The position numbers and the translations under genes were made by a program. Shown here one piece after another: positions 1-9,864 of a stretch of 40,727 bases of DNA; the first letter of the stretch is position 1; each line of letters begins with the position of its first letter. A model generated the notes under the pieces. That model did no database searches and was not told the origin of the DNA. It was given only the letters and a program-made list of their open reading frames with translations. The DNA is from Eubacteriales bacterium (GTDB lineage: Bacteria > Bacillota > Clostridia > Oscillospirales > CAG-272), in the NCBI GenBank assembly GCA_045534835.1, contig JAZSKM010000057.1, positions 1 through 40,727 of the forward strand, in the 5' to 3' direction.

Positions 1-90
1 TTTTGTCTTCCTAAGACCGCTTGGCCTCCGACTTTGAGGTGCTTAAATACATACTTGAAAACGAGATAGAATTTTAAAGGAGGCGTTTTT

Positions 91-1020
91 ATGAAGCTGC
101 ACGTTCATTTTTTACGAAGCTCAAACGGAAAGCGTGATCTGTCCTGCTATGTATATGCTCCCGACACTGCACCGCGCGGAATTTTACAGATTTCTCACGG
201 TATGTGCGATTATATTGAAAATTATGCAAAGCTTGCCGAGTATTTCTGCGAGCGCGGCTTTGTAGTCTGCGGCAACGACCATCTCGGTCACGGCAATACC
301 GCAGAGGATGCGCGCGACTTTGGCTATTTCGGTAGCGGCGGTTACCACACTCTTGTTAAGGACCTTCGCAAGATGAATAAGTTTATCCGTGCATCATACC
401 CTTCGCTTCCGCTTGTTATGCTCGGTCACAGCATGGGCTCGTTTTTAGCCCGTCTTTACGCGGTTGAATATCCGGAAACCGTGGACGGCTTTATATTTGA
501 GGGAACTATGGGATTTGGCAGTCCGACAAAGGCGGGACAACTTCTGGCAACTACTATTGCCAAGTCACGCGGTCCGCATTTTCGCAGCAAGTTCCTTTAT
601 GATATGGCGTTCCGCCCTTACAACGCAAAATTCAGCGGCGAGGGCGAGTTTGCGTGGCTTTCGCGCGACCTTAATGTAGGCGAGCGCTTTGCCAAGGACC
701 ATCAGCGCAATTTTATATTCACTGCAGACGGATATGCGGCGCTTTTCGGAGCGATTACCGTTATTTCAAAGCCGCAGTGGGCGCAGGGGTATCCAAAGTC
801 AAAGCCGACTCTGCTTGTAGCAGGAGAAATGGACCCTGTCGGCGCATACGGAAAAGGCCCCTGCGAGGTTTACGAGCGACTTAATGAGAGCGGCTGTGAC
901 AATGTTTCGCTAAAACTCTACGAGGGCGCGCGCCACGAGTTGCATACCGAAATAAATAAGGAGCAGTTTTTCGCTGACCTTGTTTCCTGGATAGAAAGTA
1001 ATAAGCTGTGCAAAGAATAA
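91..1020 (+). CDS. alpha/beta-fold serine hydrolase (lysophospholipase / monoacylglycerol-lipase-like)
   Basis: 309-aa ORF with an AAGGAGG SD about 7 nt upstream. It has the nucleophile elbow GHSMGS, an HG motif (ISHGMCDY) and a C-terminal GARHE histidine motif. Confidence 0.8.
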   Translation: MKLHVHFLRSSNGKRDLSCYVYAPDTAPRGILQISHGMCDYIENYAKLAEYFCERGFVVCGNDHLGHGNTAEDARDFGYFGSGGYHTLVKDLRKMNKFIRASYPSLPLVMLGHSMGSFLARLYAVEYPETVDGFIFEGTMGFGSPTKAGQLLATTIAKSRGPHFRSKFLYDMAFRPYNAKFSGEGEFAWLSRDLNVGERFAKDHQRNFIFTADGYAALFGAITVISKPQWAQGYPKSKPTLLVAGEMDPVGAYGKGPCEVYERLNESGCDNVSLKLYEGARHELHTEINKEQFFADLVSWIESNKLCKE

Positions 1021-1970
1021 AACGTTCTGTTGCTGTTGTGGGCAGTACCGCAAGCGGTAAGAGCGCGCTTGCGCTTGAGGCGGCAAAGGCGTTTTGCGGA
1101 GAGATAATCTCTGTTGACTCGATGCAGATATACCGAGGTATGGATATAGGCACAGCAAAGCCGACTAAAGAAGAGCTCGCGGAAGTGCGGCATCATATGA
1201 TTGACATATGCTCGCCGCACGAACAGATGTCCTCGGCGGATTTTGCGGCTATGGCACTTGAGGCCGCGGCGGATGTCGAGTCGCGCTCGAGGCTGCCGAT
1301 TTTCTGCGGCGGTACGGGGCTGTATCTTGATGCGATTATGCGCGGAGATGCTCCTGCAGAAACTGCGGCTGATGAGAATATCCGTGCCGAGCTTATGGAG
1401 TTTGCAAGGGTAAGCGGCGCACACGCGCTTCACGAAAGACTGAGAGAGGTTGACCCTCTGAGCGCGGAGCAGATACACGAAAATAATATAAAGCGCGTTG
1501 CAAGAGCGCTTGAGGTTTATCTTGTGAGCGGCAGGACAAAGTCGCAGTGGGACAGAGAGAGCCGCGAGAGTGAAAAGGCGGTTGAGCCGTTTTGCGTAGG
1601 GCTCTTCTATCATAACCGCGAAACTCTGTACCGCCGTATTGACAGCCGCGTTGATGAGATGCTTGAAAACGGACTTGTAGAGGAAACAAGACGGCTTCTC
1701 AGAGAGGGCGTTTTTGAGTGCAATATGACGGCTGCGGCGGCTATCGGCTACAAGGAGCTGCTCCCGTACATTCGCGGCGATATGCCGCTTGAAACTGCTG
1801 TCGAGGAGCTTAAACGCGCGACGCGGCGGTATGCAAAAAGGCAGATTACCTGGTTTTCGGCAAAGGACTATGTAAATCGGCTGTGGTGCGATACCGAGGA
1901 GGGCGAGGTATTACCCTTTGATGTGATTTTTGAAGAATTTTGCCGTATGATGAAGGAAAACGGTTTTTAA
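1008..1970 (+). CDS. miaA: tRNA dimethylallyltransferase
   Basis: The N-terminus VAVVGSTASGKSALALEAA...ISVDSMQIYRGMDIGTAKPT is the classic MiaA P-loop plus DSMQ(I/V)Y(R/K)GMDIGTAKP block. The GTG start overlaps the upstream gene by 13 nt. Confidence 0.93.
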   Translation: MQRIKRSVAVVGSTASGKSALALEAAKAFCGEIISVDSMQIYRGMDIGTAKPTKEELAEVRHHMIDICSPHEQMSSADFAAMALEAAADVESRSRLPIFCGGTGLYLDAIMRGDAPAETAADENIRAELMEFARVSGAHALHERLREVDPLSAEQIHENNIKRVARALEVYLVSGRTKSQWDRESRESEKAVEPFCVGLFYHNRETLYRRIDSRVDEMLENGLVEETRRLLREGVFECNMTAAAAIGYKELLPYIRGDMPLETAVEELKRATRRYAKRQITWFSAKDYVNRLWCDTEEGEVLPFDVIFEEFCRMMKENGF

Positions 1971-1983
1971 AGGAAGTGAGAGT

Positions 1984-3270
1984 ATGGACGAAAAGAAAAA
2001 AAAGCAGGACCCTGTGGCGAGGGTGCTTTTGTCGCTTATGCGCGGAGTGCTCGTCCTTGCTCTCTTTTTTTATTTGCTTTATCACCTTACAAGCGGCTTT
2101 TCGGTTGAGATGAAAACGCAGGTGGTAAAGCCTGTAAGTGAAGATATAGCCGTTGCCTCGGCAGGTGCTATACTCAGGGACGAGGCTGTGATAACGTCTG
2201 ATACCACGGGCGTTGTGAGCTATCTTTACAGTGACGGCGAAAAGGTCAAGGTTGGCGCAAGAGTTGCCACCGTTTACTCGGGAACCTCAGATACAAGTAC
2301 GGTTGCGCGCATTGCGGAAATAGACCGCGCGATAGAGCTTTTGTCGCTTGCCGAGGTTGACGAGAGAACGAATATTTCAGACGGTGCCGCCGCCGCGCGC
2401 GAGATATCCGCACTGCTTATGAGCGCATCCGAGCAGATAGGAAAGGGTAAATACGGCGAGATCTCCGAGATTGCCGACAATCTGCTCACCACCGCACTTC
2501 GTCGCGACACGATTTTGTCCGACGGCGAGGGGGCGGGTGCTACACTGCGTGCGCTTAACGAGGAGCGCGAGAGCCTCGTATCCTCGCTCACTGGCGTTAC
2601 ATCGTCTGTGAAAGCACCGTTTGCAGGCTACTTTTATTCGTATGCAGACGGCGGAGAGGGTATTTTCGATTTTGAAAATGCAAAGAGCCTTACCGCATCC
2701 GAATATCGGGTAAAGCTTGGGCTGATGGACGAAAGCGGTGGAAATGCGGTAGGCAAGATAGTCCGCTCGCCTAAGTGGTATCTTTTGCTTCCCGTAGGTA
2801 CGGAAGAAGCAAGGCTTTTTAAGGCGGGGGGGAGTTATGAAGTATCCTTTGAAGCGGACGGAATAAAGCTGACTATGCTGCTTGAGGCGAAAAATGACGG
2901 TGAAAATGAAAGCCTGCTTGTTTTTTCATCAAGCCTTATGCGGGGCGGATTTTCGTTTGACCGTATGCAGAATGTGTCTGTTACAGCATCTACGGTAAGC
3001 GGATACAAGTTGCCCTCTTCCGCACTGCGTGTGGTAGACGGATATGTCGGCGTATACATCCGCAGCGGAAACAACATAAAATTTCGCGTGGTAGAACAGC
3101 TTTATGAGAGCGGCGCATACGTTTTCGTGAGCACCGAAACCGAGGGCGTAACCCTATACCAAAACGACAGTGACGAAACTAATGACTTGTATTGTAAAGG
3201 ACTTTCGCTGTATGATGCGGTGATAGTCAGCGGAGCAAAGGATCTGTCACCTGACAGAATAGTGAACTGA
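1984..3270 (+). CDS. membrane-anchored HlyD-like (barrel-sandwich / membrane-fusion-like) protein, function unknown
   Basis: 428 aa with a basic N-terminus and one TM helix (VLVLALFFYLLYHL). Lipoyl-like hairpin motifs are present (GVVSYLYSDGEKVKVGARVATVYS; VKAPFAGYFY). No transporter partner is adjacent. Confidence 0.5.
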   Translation: MDEKKKKQDPVARVLLSLMRGVLVLALFFYLLYHLTSGFSVEMKTQVVKPVSEDIAVASAGAILRDEAVITSDTTGVVSYLYSDGEKVKVGARVATVYSGTSDTSTVARIAEIDRAIELLSLAEVDERTNISDGAAAAREISALLMSASEQIGKGKYGEISEIADNLLTTALRRDTILSDGEGAGATLRALNEERESLVSSLTGVTSSVKAPFAGYFYSYADGGEGIFDFENAKSLTASEYRVKLGLMDESGGNAVGKIVRSPKWYLLLPVGTEEARLFKAGGSYEVSFEADGIKLTMLLEAKNDGENESLLVFSSSLMRGGFSFDRMQNVSVTASTVSGYKLPSSALRVVDGYVGVYIRSGNNIKFRVVEQLYESGAYVFVSTETEGVTLYQNDSDETNDLYCKGLSLYDAVIVSGAKDLSPDRIVN

Positions 3271-3271
3271 T

Positions 3272-3964
3272 ATGAACGAATTTGAATATATTGACCGAAA
3301 TCTTGAAACAATAAGAAACGCGGCAAAGGCTGCCGCCGCTTTATCTCCCTACTCTCAGGAGTATGAGATACTGCTTGCCACAAAGTATGCAAGCGCAGAG
3401 GAAATAAACTACGCTCATTCAAGGGGCATAAACAAAATCGGCGAAAACCGCGTGCAGAGCCTGCTTGAAAAGTATGATAAGCTTGACCGTGATGGGCTTG
3501 ACATACATTTTATCGGCACGCTGCAGAAAAACAAGGTGAAATATATAATAGACAAGGTATCTGTTATTGAGTCGCTTGACTCCGTCGAGCTTGCAAAGGA
3601 AATCGAAAAGCAGGCGGCAAAACGGAATATAGTTATGGACTGCCTTGTCGAGGTGAATATCGGCGGTGAGGAATCAAAGAGCGGCGTGGCAAAGGAAAGT
3701 GTGCTTGATTTTTGCGATGCGCTTGATGCTTTCCCGCATATAAGGCTGTGCGGTCTTATGACAATGGCACCGAAATGTGAGGAAATCGACGATTATCGTA
3801 AATATTTTAGAGAAAGTTACAATATTTTTATTGACATTTGCGAAAAAAAACTTCATAATGTAAATAGGCGTATTCTATCTATGGGAATGAGCGACAGCTT
3901 TACTGCGGCACTCAGCGAGGGTGCAACCCTTATCCGCGTGGGCAGAGCCGCCTTCAAGAAGTAA
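3272..3964 (+). CDS. yggS: YggS/YlmE-family pyridoxal-phosphate homeostasis protein
   Basis: 230 aa with the LLATKYA...GENRVQ motif (PLP-lysine region) and the C-terminal SMGMSDSF...G(A)TLIRVG block. It sits upstream of sepF, as in the dcw-distal cluster. Confidence 0.9.
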   Translation: MNEFEYIDRNLETIRNAAKAAAALSPYSQEYEILLATKYASAEEINYAHSRGINKIGENRVQSLLEKYDKLDRDGLDIHFIGTLQKNKVKYIIDKVSVIESLDSVELAKEIEKQAAKRNIVMDCLVEVNIGGEESKSGVAKESVLDFCDALDAFPHIRLCGLMTMAPKCEEIDDYRKYFRESYNIFIDICEKKLHNVNRRILSMGMSDSFTAALSEGATLIRVGRAAFKK

Positions 3965-4000
3965 AAAAAATATATATAAATGGTTTTTGGAGGAACGAAA

Positions 4001-4468
4001 ATGGGATTTTTCGGAGATATCAAGGATAAGTTTACCAAGGATACATATGAGGAAAACGGCTATATGTATGATGATGCTGACGAAAGTGCTCCTTACTATG
4101 ATGAGGTAGAGCCTGATATGGATATGCAGGACGGTGCTGCTACTATCGGCGGCAGCGGCTACGATATTATGGGCGGCGGCAGTGCTATCGAGCTTAAGGT
4201 TGTTAAGCCTCAGAATTTTGAGGACTCTGCACAGGTTGCAGACCACCTTCTCTCCAAGCGTACTGTAGTTCTCAATCTTGAGGACACAAATAAAGAGGCA
4301 GCAAGAAGAATTCTTGACTTCCTCACAGGTGTTGCTTATTCTATCGGCGGCAACATTAAGAAGGTTGCTAACAGCGCATATGTTGTTACTCCCTCTAACG
4401 TTGACGTAAGCGAAGGTCAGATAAAGCAGAAGGCTGCTGCTCCCGCTGCAGAGGAAGCTGCTGAATAA
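4001..4468 (+). CDS. sepF: cell division protein SepF
   Basis: The N-terminal membrane-targeting start is MGFFGDIKDKF and the conserved C-terminal domain is (VVKPQNFEDSAQVADHL...VVLNLE...RRILDFLTGV). I chose ATG 4001 because GGAGG lies 7 nt upstream; the track start at 3980 lacks an SD. Confidence 0.88.
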   Translation: MGFFGDIKDKFTKDTYEENGYMYDDADESAPYYDEVEPDMDMQDGAATIGGSGYDIMGGGSAIELKVVKPQNFEDSAQVADHLLSKRTVVLNLEDTNKEAARRILDFLTGVAYSIGGNIKKVANSAYVVTPSNVDVSEGQIKQKAAAPAAEEAAE

Positions 4469-4481
4469 ACAAATAAATGCA

Positions 4482-4509
4482 ACCGCACCGCTTTTGCGGT
4501 GCGGTTTTT
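4482..4509 (+). terminator. rho-independent terminator after sepF
   Basis: A 10-bp GC-rich stem (accgcaccgc / gcggtgcggt) with a tttt loop is followed by a T-run. Confidence 0.85.
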
Positions 4510-4514
4510 CATAG

Positions 4515-5351
4515 GTGAGTATGAGTTATAGGGACAGTGATGAGTTTAAACTTCTCTGCAGAAAGGCTGAGGATATTTTCGCGCGGGCTTCGGGCGACAT
4601 TGCATCGAGCGTGTTTTTAAACCCGAGTGAGCAGTATTTTCTTGAAAAGTATTTAAAAGAGCGAGGGCTTCTTTCGCGCGCACTGTTCTTCGGCGGTGCC
4701 GTGGGCGCAACTCGCAAAAAGCTGTTTGCTTTTCCCGAGTATATCGTTTCGCTTGCCGAGGGGGGCGACCTTTACACTGCGGCAAAAAGCTTTCTCGGTG
4801 AGGATGCCTTCGGCGATATATGCACGCTTAAGATTTCGGGCGGCGGTTTTCGCGATTTTTCGCACCGCGATTACCTTGGAGGCATTCTTTCGCTCGGACT
4901 TGACAGAAGTGCTGTTGGCGACATTGCTCCCATAGACGAGTATTCGGCGTATATTTTTGTCAGCCGCAAGGTTGCCTCCTTTCTTACCGACAGCGATTTT
5001 TCAGAGGTCGGAGGAATACGCATAGCAAAGGACCGCGTTAAGATAACGCGCGCCGTTTTGCCTGACGGCTATAAAATCGAGCAGAAGTTTAAGCCGATAA
5101 GCGACACTGTCGCTTCCGAGCGGCTGGACTGCGTTGTTGCGGCGCTCTGTAACCTCTCGCGCGAAAGTGCAAAGGAGAAAATTTTAGCAGGCGAGGTGGA
5201 GCATAACTATGAAACTGCGTCTGAAATCAGCGCATCGGTCCTTGCGCTCGACCATATAAGTGTACGCGGAGTTGGAAAGTTCCTTATCGACTCTGTGGCG
5301 GACACTACTAAAAAAGGGCGGCTCCGCCTTTTGGCAAAGAAATTTATGTAA
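4515..5351 (+). CDS. ylmH: YlmH-like RNA-binding protein (S4-like C-terminal domain)
   Basis: 278 aa lying between sepF and divIVA. The C-terminal ERLDCVVAALCNLSRESAKEKILAGEVEHNY matches an S4 RNA-binding fold pattern. The start could be GTG 4515 or ATG 4521. Confidence 0.75.
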   Translation: MSMSYRDSDEFKLLCRKAEDIFARASGDIASSVFLNPSEQYFLEKYLKERGLLSRALFFGGAVGATRKKLFAFPEYIVSLAEGGDLYTAAKSFLGEDAFGDICTLKISGGGFRDFSHRDYLGGILSLGLDRSAVGDIAPIDEYSAYIFVSRKVASFLTDSDFSEVGGIRIAKDRVKITRAVLPDGYKIEQKFKPISDTVASERLDCVVAALCNLSRESAKEKILAGEVEHNYETASEISASVLALDHISVRGVGKFLIDSVADTTKKGRLRLLAKKFM

Positions 5352-5363
5352 AGGAGTTTTCTT

Positions 5364-6143
5364 ATGTCGTTATCTCAGAAAATCAAAGACGTCAAATTTT
5401 CAAAAAGTGTTGCAGGCTACGCATCAAAAGAGGTTGACGGCTTTTTAGGCGATATACTTTCTTCCGTTTGCGAGGCAGAGCAGCAGCTATCCTCGCTCCG
5501 TGCAAAGCTTGATGCCTACGAAAGCCGCGCGGACGAGATAACAAAAAAGGAAAACGAAGCACAAAAACTGCTTCTTGCGGCAAAGGAAGAGTCTGCCTCT
5601 ATAGTCAGCCGTGCAAAAAACGATGCCAACGACATAATTTCGGCTGCCGAAGATGAAGCAAAAGCATTTTTAAACGAGGCGGAGAAAAATGCAAAGACCA
5701 TTCTGGCTATTGCGGATAAAAAGGGCAATGCTATAATCAAAGAGGCAAGCGCAAAGGCTGAGAGTATAAATGAAAAGACAGCGGCGCTTACTAAGGAATG
5801 CGAAGCGTTTGAAAACGCTTTCCGCGCGGCGGTTGCCGAAACCGTGAAAAGACTTGCTGCGATACGCGAGACTGCGCCTGCGGCCGTAGGCATCGAAAAA
5901 GAGGAAAACGCAAGGGCGGAAGAAAAGCCGGTAAAAGAGCAGACTGACGGGGGCGATACCCGTGACTATGTTTTTGTCGGCGGCAAGAGGATAGACAGTA
6001 CAGAGAAGCCGAAAGAAAAGACGAAAAGAAAAGTGTATGACACACTTGCCGTTACATACGAGGGCGAGGACGGTTTTTCAGACATACAGAAAATAAAGAA
6101 GGAGTCGGGACAAAAAGGGATTAAGAATCCAACCGATTTTTGA
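5364..6143 (+). CDS. divIVA: DivIVA-domain protein
   Basis: The N-terminus IKDVKFSKSVAGYASKEVDGFLGDI is the DivIVA lipid-binding/crossed-loop motif. It is followed by a long coiled-coil-like A/E/K-rich region. Confidence 0.85.
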   Translation: MSLSQKIKDVKFSKSVAGYASKEVDGFLGDILSSVCEAEQQLSSLRAKLDAYESRADEITKKENEAQKLLLAAKEESASIVSRAKNDANDIISAAEDEAKAFLNEAEKNAKTILAIADKKGNAIIKEASAKAESINEKTAALTKECEAFENAFRAAVAETVKRLAAIRETAPAAVGIEKEENARAEEKPVKEQTDGGDTRDYVFVGGKRIDSTEKPKEKTKRKVYDTLAVTYEGEDGFSDIQKIKKESGQKGIKNPTDF

Positions 6144-6157
6144 AATAAGGATATAAT

Positions 6158-6658
6158 ATGACTGTATATATTTGGATAATACTTCTGGTGTGCGTGCTTG
6201 ACCAGCTTACAAAGCTTTATGCTATGGATATTATTGCGGCGGCAAACGGCATTGCGGCAGAAGCACTCACCGAAGGTTGCACTCTGCCAGTGTTTAAAGG
6301 CGTGCTTCACCTGACATATCTTGAAAATCCGGGGATGTCGTTTGGCTGGATGAGTGAGCATAGGTGGGTGTTTATGATTCTTTCTTTCGTTGGCATCGCG
6401 GCACTTTTTGCTTACCTTATATATTTGAAAGGACAGGACAGACTGCTTTCCTTTTCCCTCTCTCTTATGATAGGCGGCGGAATAGGAAATATGTTTGACC
6501 GGGTTAATCTCGGATACGTGGTTGACTTTGTTGACTTTTGCTATTTTGACTTCTGGAAATGGATATTCAACCTTGCGGATGCCTGCATCTGTATCGGCGC
6601 CGCTATTATGTTGATTTCGGTGTTCGTTTCATATAAGAAGGAGAAGAAAAATGCGTGA
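6158..6658 (+). CDS. lspA: lipoprotein signal peptidase II
   Basis: 166 aa with 4 TM helices and the motifs NPGMSFG, GGGIGNMFDR, VVDFVDF and FNLADACI. Confidence 0.92.
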   Translation: MTVYIWIILLVCVLDQLTKLYAMDIIAAANGIAAEALTEGCTLPVFKGVLHLTYLENPGMSFGWMSEHRWVFMILSFVGIAALFAYLIYLKGQDRLLSFSLSLMIGGGIGNMFDRVNLGYVVDFVDFCYFDFWKWIFNLADACICIGAAIMLISVFVSYKKEKKNA

Positions 6659-7577
6659 TTTTGTAGCCGTTTTACCCGAGGAAGAGGGAAAGCGCGCCGA
6701 CGTTTTTTTAGCAGAGCATTTTTCACTTACGCGCACTGCTGCCGCAAGACTGCTTGACGAGGGCGCGGCGCTTGTAAACGGCGCAGCCGCCGCTAAAAAC
6801 CGCAAGCTGAAAAGCGGCGATGAGGTTTCGCTCGATATGCCGCCCGTTAAAGAAACGGAAACACTGCCCGAGAATATTCCGCTATCTATCGTCTACGAGG
6901 ACGGGGATATCGCGGTTATAGATAAGCCAAAGGGTATGGTCGTTCATCCTGCCGCAGGCAACGAGGAGGGAACTCTTGTCAATGCGCTTCTCTACCATAT
7001 GGGGGACAGACTTTCCGGTATCGGCGGCGAGCGCCGTCCCGGTATTGTGCACCGTATAGATAAGGATACAAGCGGGCTGCTTGTAATAGCGAAAAACGAT
7101 TTCGCACATAACATTCTCTCAGAGGGACTTAAAACTCATTCTATCGACCGTGAATATATGGCGGTTGCTATCGGAAATTTCAAGGACGAGGGCGGTACTG
7201 TCAACAAGCCTATTGACCGAAGTCCGCGCGATCGCAAAAAGATGGCGGTGGTCGCAGGCGGCAGAGAGGCTGTAACCCATTATACGGTCGCAGAGCGCTT
7301 TGGCGGATACACTCTGCTTAAAATAAAGCTCGAAACGGGCAGAACGCATCAGATAAGGGTGCATATGTCGTCTATCGGTCATCCGCTGCTCGGCGATGAG
7401 GTATACGGAGGAAGGTCGAATTTGAAAATTCATCTTGAGGGGCAAACGCTTCACGCGTATCGGCTGACTCTTACTCATCCGCGAAGCGGCGAAAAAATGA
7501 CCTTTGAAAGCCCGCTTCCCGAATACTTTGAAAAGATTTTAGAGAAACTGAGAGGGACGAGGGGTGTTCTTTCTTAA
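6651..7577 (+). CDS. rluD: RluA-family 23S rRNA pseudouridine synthase (RluD-like)
   Basis: It has an N-terminal S4 domain (KRADVFLAE...SLTRTAAARLL), the catalytic HRIDKDTSGLLV motif, and GRTHQIRVH. It overlaps lspA by 8 nt. Confidence 0.92.
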   Translation: MRDFVAVLPEEEGKRADVFLAEHFSLTRTAAARLLDEGAALVNGAAAAKNRKLKSGDEVSLDMPPVKETETLPENIPLSIVYEDGDIAVIDKPKGMVVHPAAGNEEGTLVNALLYHMGDRLSGIGGERRPGIVHRIDKDTSGLLVIAKNDFAHNILSEGLKTHSIDREYMAVAIGNFKDEGGTVNKPIDRSPRDRKKMAVVAGGREAVTHYTVAERFGGYTLLKIKLETGRTHQIRVHMSSIGHPLLGDEVYGGRSNLKIHLEGQTLHAYRLTLTHPRSGEKMTFESPLPEYFEKILEKLRGTRGVLS

Positions 7578-7658
7578 AAAGAAAGAACCAAAGAAGTACT
7601 GTTAGAGGTTATATCAGTAGCCGTGGCTACACGTATAAATACTACAAAGGAGACACAT

Positions 7659-8993
7659 ATGCAAAAAAGACGGCTTTCGCCTGTGCAGATTATTACTTTA
7701 AGTTTTGCGACGGTATTGCTGGTTGGCGCGCTTTTGCTTATGCTGCCGATATCCTCGCGTGACGGGGTGAGCGTTCCGTTTATAGACGCGCTTTTTACCT
7801 CTACGAGCGCATCCTGCGTTACGGGACTTGTCGTTTATGACACCTTTATGCAATGGACGCCATTTGGACAGACGGTGATAATCTGCCTCATCCAGATAGG
7901 CGGTATAGGCATCATCACTCTTGCGATGTACCTGCTTTCCCTGCTTGGGGCAAGGGTTGGTATGCGCAATATGTTTGCGCTTCAGGAGTCTATTGGCGCG
8001 GAGTCTACGGCAGGTATTATGAAGATGACTAAATTCATTGCGTACGGTGTACTGTTGCAGGAATTTGCGGGTGCGCTTTTGCTTATGCCTGTGCTTATAC
8101 CCGATTTCGGCATAGCAAACGGAATACTTTATTCATTCTTTCATTCGATAAGCGCATTTTGCAACGCAGGCTTTGACCTGATGAGTGCAAACGGGAGCGC
8201 ATCGCTTTCGGCATACAGCGGTAATCTTTATTTCAATCTTGTGATAAGCCTGCTTATTATTTTCGGCGGACTCGGCTTTTTTGTATGGCTTGACCTGCTG
8301 AGAAACCGTTTTCGCTTTGCAAAGCTTGCTCTGCATACAAAAATAGTGCTTGTCACTACCGCGCTTCTTCTTATCGGCGGCGCGCTTCTCTTCTTTGTAC
8401 TGTTTTACAAAAGTGATGCGGCAGAGGGAATGAGCATTTATGAGAAAGTTATCGTTTCCTGCTTCCAGTCGACTTCGGCACGTACTGCGGGCTTTAGCAC
8501 GGTGGACCTGACAAAAATCGGCGGAGCCGCACAGGTACTTATGATGGTGCTTATGCTTATCGGCGGCTCGTCCGGCTCGACCGCAGGCGGTATCAAGACA
8601 ACGACCTTTGCCGTTATATTGCTGTTTGTCCGCTCGATATTCCGCGGCAAAGAGGATGTTGAGGCTTACGGCAGGCGTATAGACCGCAGCATTATACGCA
8701 CGGCTATTGCTATATTTGTACTGTACCTCGGACTTGCGCTCTCTGCGGGAATTGCAATATGCGCTATCGAGGGTGCGGATATAGTAGCGTGCCTGTTTGA
8801 AGCATTTTCCGCAATCGCGACGGTGGGACTCAGTCTTTCGCTCACACCGACTCTTTCGGGTGCTTCAAAAATTATAATTATTTTGCTTATGTTTACGGGA
8901 AGGGTAGGCGGACTTACTGTTCTTTTCTCCCTTTTAAAGAAAAAGGACGGCTCTGTCGGAAGATATCCCGCGGAAAATATAACAGTAGGTTAG
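7659..8993 (+). CDS. ktrB: TrkH/KtrB-family potassium uptake membrane subunit
   Basis: Polytopic protein with repeated pore-loop glycine motifs (QIGGIGI, FCNAGFD, TARTAGF, IGGSSGSTAGGIKTTT). I chose ATG 7659 because AAGGAGA lies 5 nt upstream, rather than the track GTG at 7623. Confidence 0.85.
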   Translation: MQKRRLSPVQIITLSFATVLLVGALLLMLPISSRDGVSVPFIDALFTSTSASCVTGLVVYDTFMQWTPFGQTVIICLIQIGGIGIITLAMYLLSLLGARVGMRNMFALQESIGAESTAGIMKMTKFIAYGVLLQEFAGALLLMPVLIPDFGIANGILYSFFHSISAFCNAGFDLMSANGSASLSAYSGNLYFNLVISLLIIFGGLGFFVWLDLLRNRFRFAKLALHTKIVLVTTALLLIGGALLFFVLFYKSDAAEGMSIYEKVIVSCFQSTSARTAGFSTVDLTKIGGAAQVLMMVLMLIGGSSGSTAGGIKTTTFAVILLFVRSIFRGKEDVEAYGRRIDRSIIRTAIAIFVLYLGLALSAGIAICAIEGADIVACLFEAFSAIATVGLSLSLTPTLSGASKIIIILLMFTGRVGGLTVLFSLLKKKDGSVGRYPAENITVG

Positions 8994-9003
8994 GGAGGAA
9001 TAT

Positions 9004-9657
9004 ATGAAAAACATACTTATAATCGGCCTCGGCCGCTTCGGTTCGTCTATGGTAAAACCGCTTTTCGAGCTGGGCAATCAGGTGGTCGTATGCGATACCG
9101 ATGAAGACAAGGTTGCCAAGGTTCTGCCCTTTACGGCAGGTGCGAAAATAGGCGACTGCACAAGTGAAAAGTTTATCGCTTCGCTTGGAGTTGAGGACTA
9201 CGACCTCGTTTTTGTAACTATCGGCGAGAGTATTCAAAGCTCGCTCGTCGTAGTAACCCTGCTTAAGGACTGCGGCGCAAAGTGCATATGTGCAAAGGCC
9301 GGCAGTGAGATGCACGAAAAGCTCCTTTTGCGTCTTGGTGCGGATAAGGTGGTCTTCCCCGAGAGAGATGCGGGACTCCGCTTTGCCAACATATACGGAA
9401 GAGAGTCTGTTTTTGAATGTATCGAGCTTGCCGAGGGGTATTCCGCATACGAAATCGCGGTGCCTGCCGATTGGGTAGGTAAGAGCGTAAAGGAAATAAA
9501 CGTGCGCGTAAATTACGGTGTCAACATCCTCGGCGTAAAAAAGAGCAGAGAAGACAGACTTAACCCAAATGTAGGTCCCGACCTTGTTTTTGAAAAGGGC
9601 GATATGGTTATGCTCGTGGGAGATGCCGAGCGTTTTGCAAAATTGCTGAGTAAATAA
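9004..9657 (+). CDS. ktrA: KtrA/TrkA-type RCK-domain potassium uptake regulatory subunit
   Basis: 217 aa with the Rossmann motif ILIIGLGRFGSS (RCK_N) and a C-terminal RCK_C-like segment (GKSVKEINVR...NILGVKK). It is adjacent to ktrB. Confidence 0.85.
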   Translation: MKNILIIGLGRFGSSMVKPLFELGNQVVVCDTDEDKVAKVLPFTAGAKIGDCTSEKFIASLGVEDYDLVFVTIGESIQSSLVVVTLLKDCGAKCICAKAGSEMHEKLLLRLGADKVVFPERDAGLRFANIYGRESVFECIELAEGYSAYEIAVPADWVGKSVKEINVRVNYGVNILGVKKSREDRLNPNVGPDLVFEKGDMVMLVGDAERFAKLLSK

Positions 9658-9665
9658 TGAATATA

Positions 9666-9707
9666 AATGCACAGATTATGCGTAGAAATGCATAATCTGT
9701 GCATTTT
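9666..9707 (+). terminator. rho-independent terminator after ktrA
   Basis: A perfect 16-bp stem (aatgcacagattatgc / gcataatctgtgcatt) with an 8-nt loop ends in TTTT. Confidence 0.85.
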
Positions 9708-9765
9708 GCACTAAAAGTGAGAAAAAAGGCAGGCAAATTTTGACGTTTTAGAGAGATTATAATTG

Positions 9766-9794
9766 TTGACTTCTCAACCTAAATGGAGTAAAAT
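9766..9794 (+). promoter_or_regulatory. candidate sigma-A promoter of the liv operon
   Basis: TTGACT, a 17-nt spacer, then TAAAAT, about 70 nt upstream of the livJ-like start. The leader contains a 7-bp hairpin (tacttca/tgaagta). Confidence 0.55.
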
Positions 9795-9864
9795 TACTTC
9801 ATATTAATCTTGAAGTATTGAAGATTAGTTGAGAATGAATTTTTATTTATTGGAGGAAAGAATC

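Noticed and set aside
7578-7658. A c-di-AMP (ydaO/kimA-type) riboswitch upstream of the potassium transporter genes. I also considered T-box leaders upstream of the liv operon (9708-9864) and the COG2984 transporter (26319-26404).
   Set aside because: The available leaders (about 80, 70 and 86 nt after the promoters) are far shorter than those RNA classes. I see none of their conserved cores, such as the T-box AGAGA/specifier/T-box sequence.
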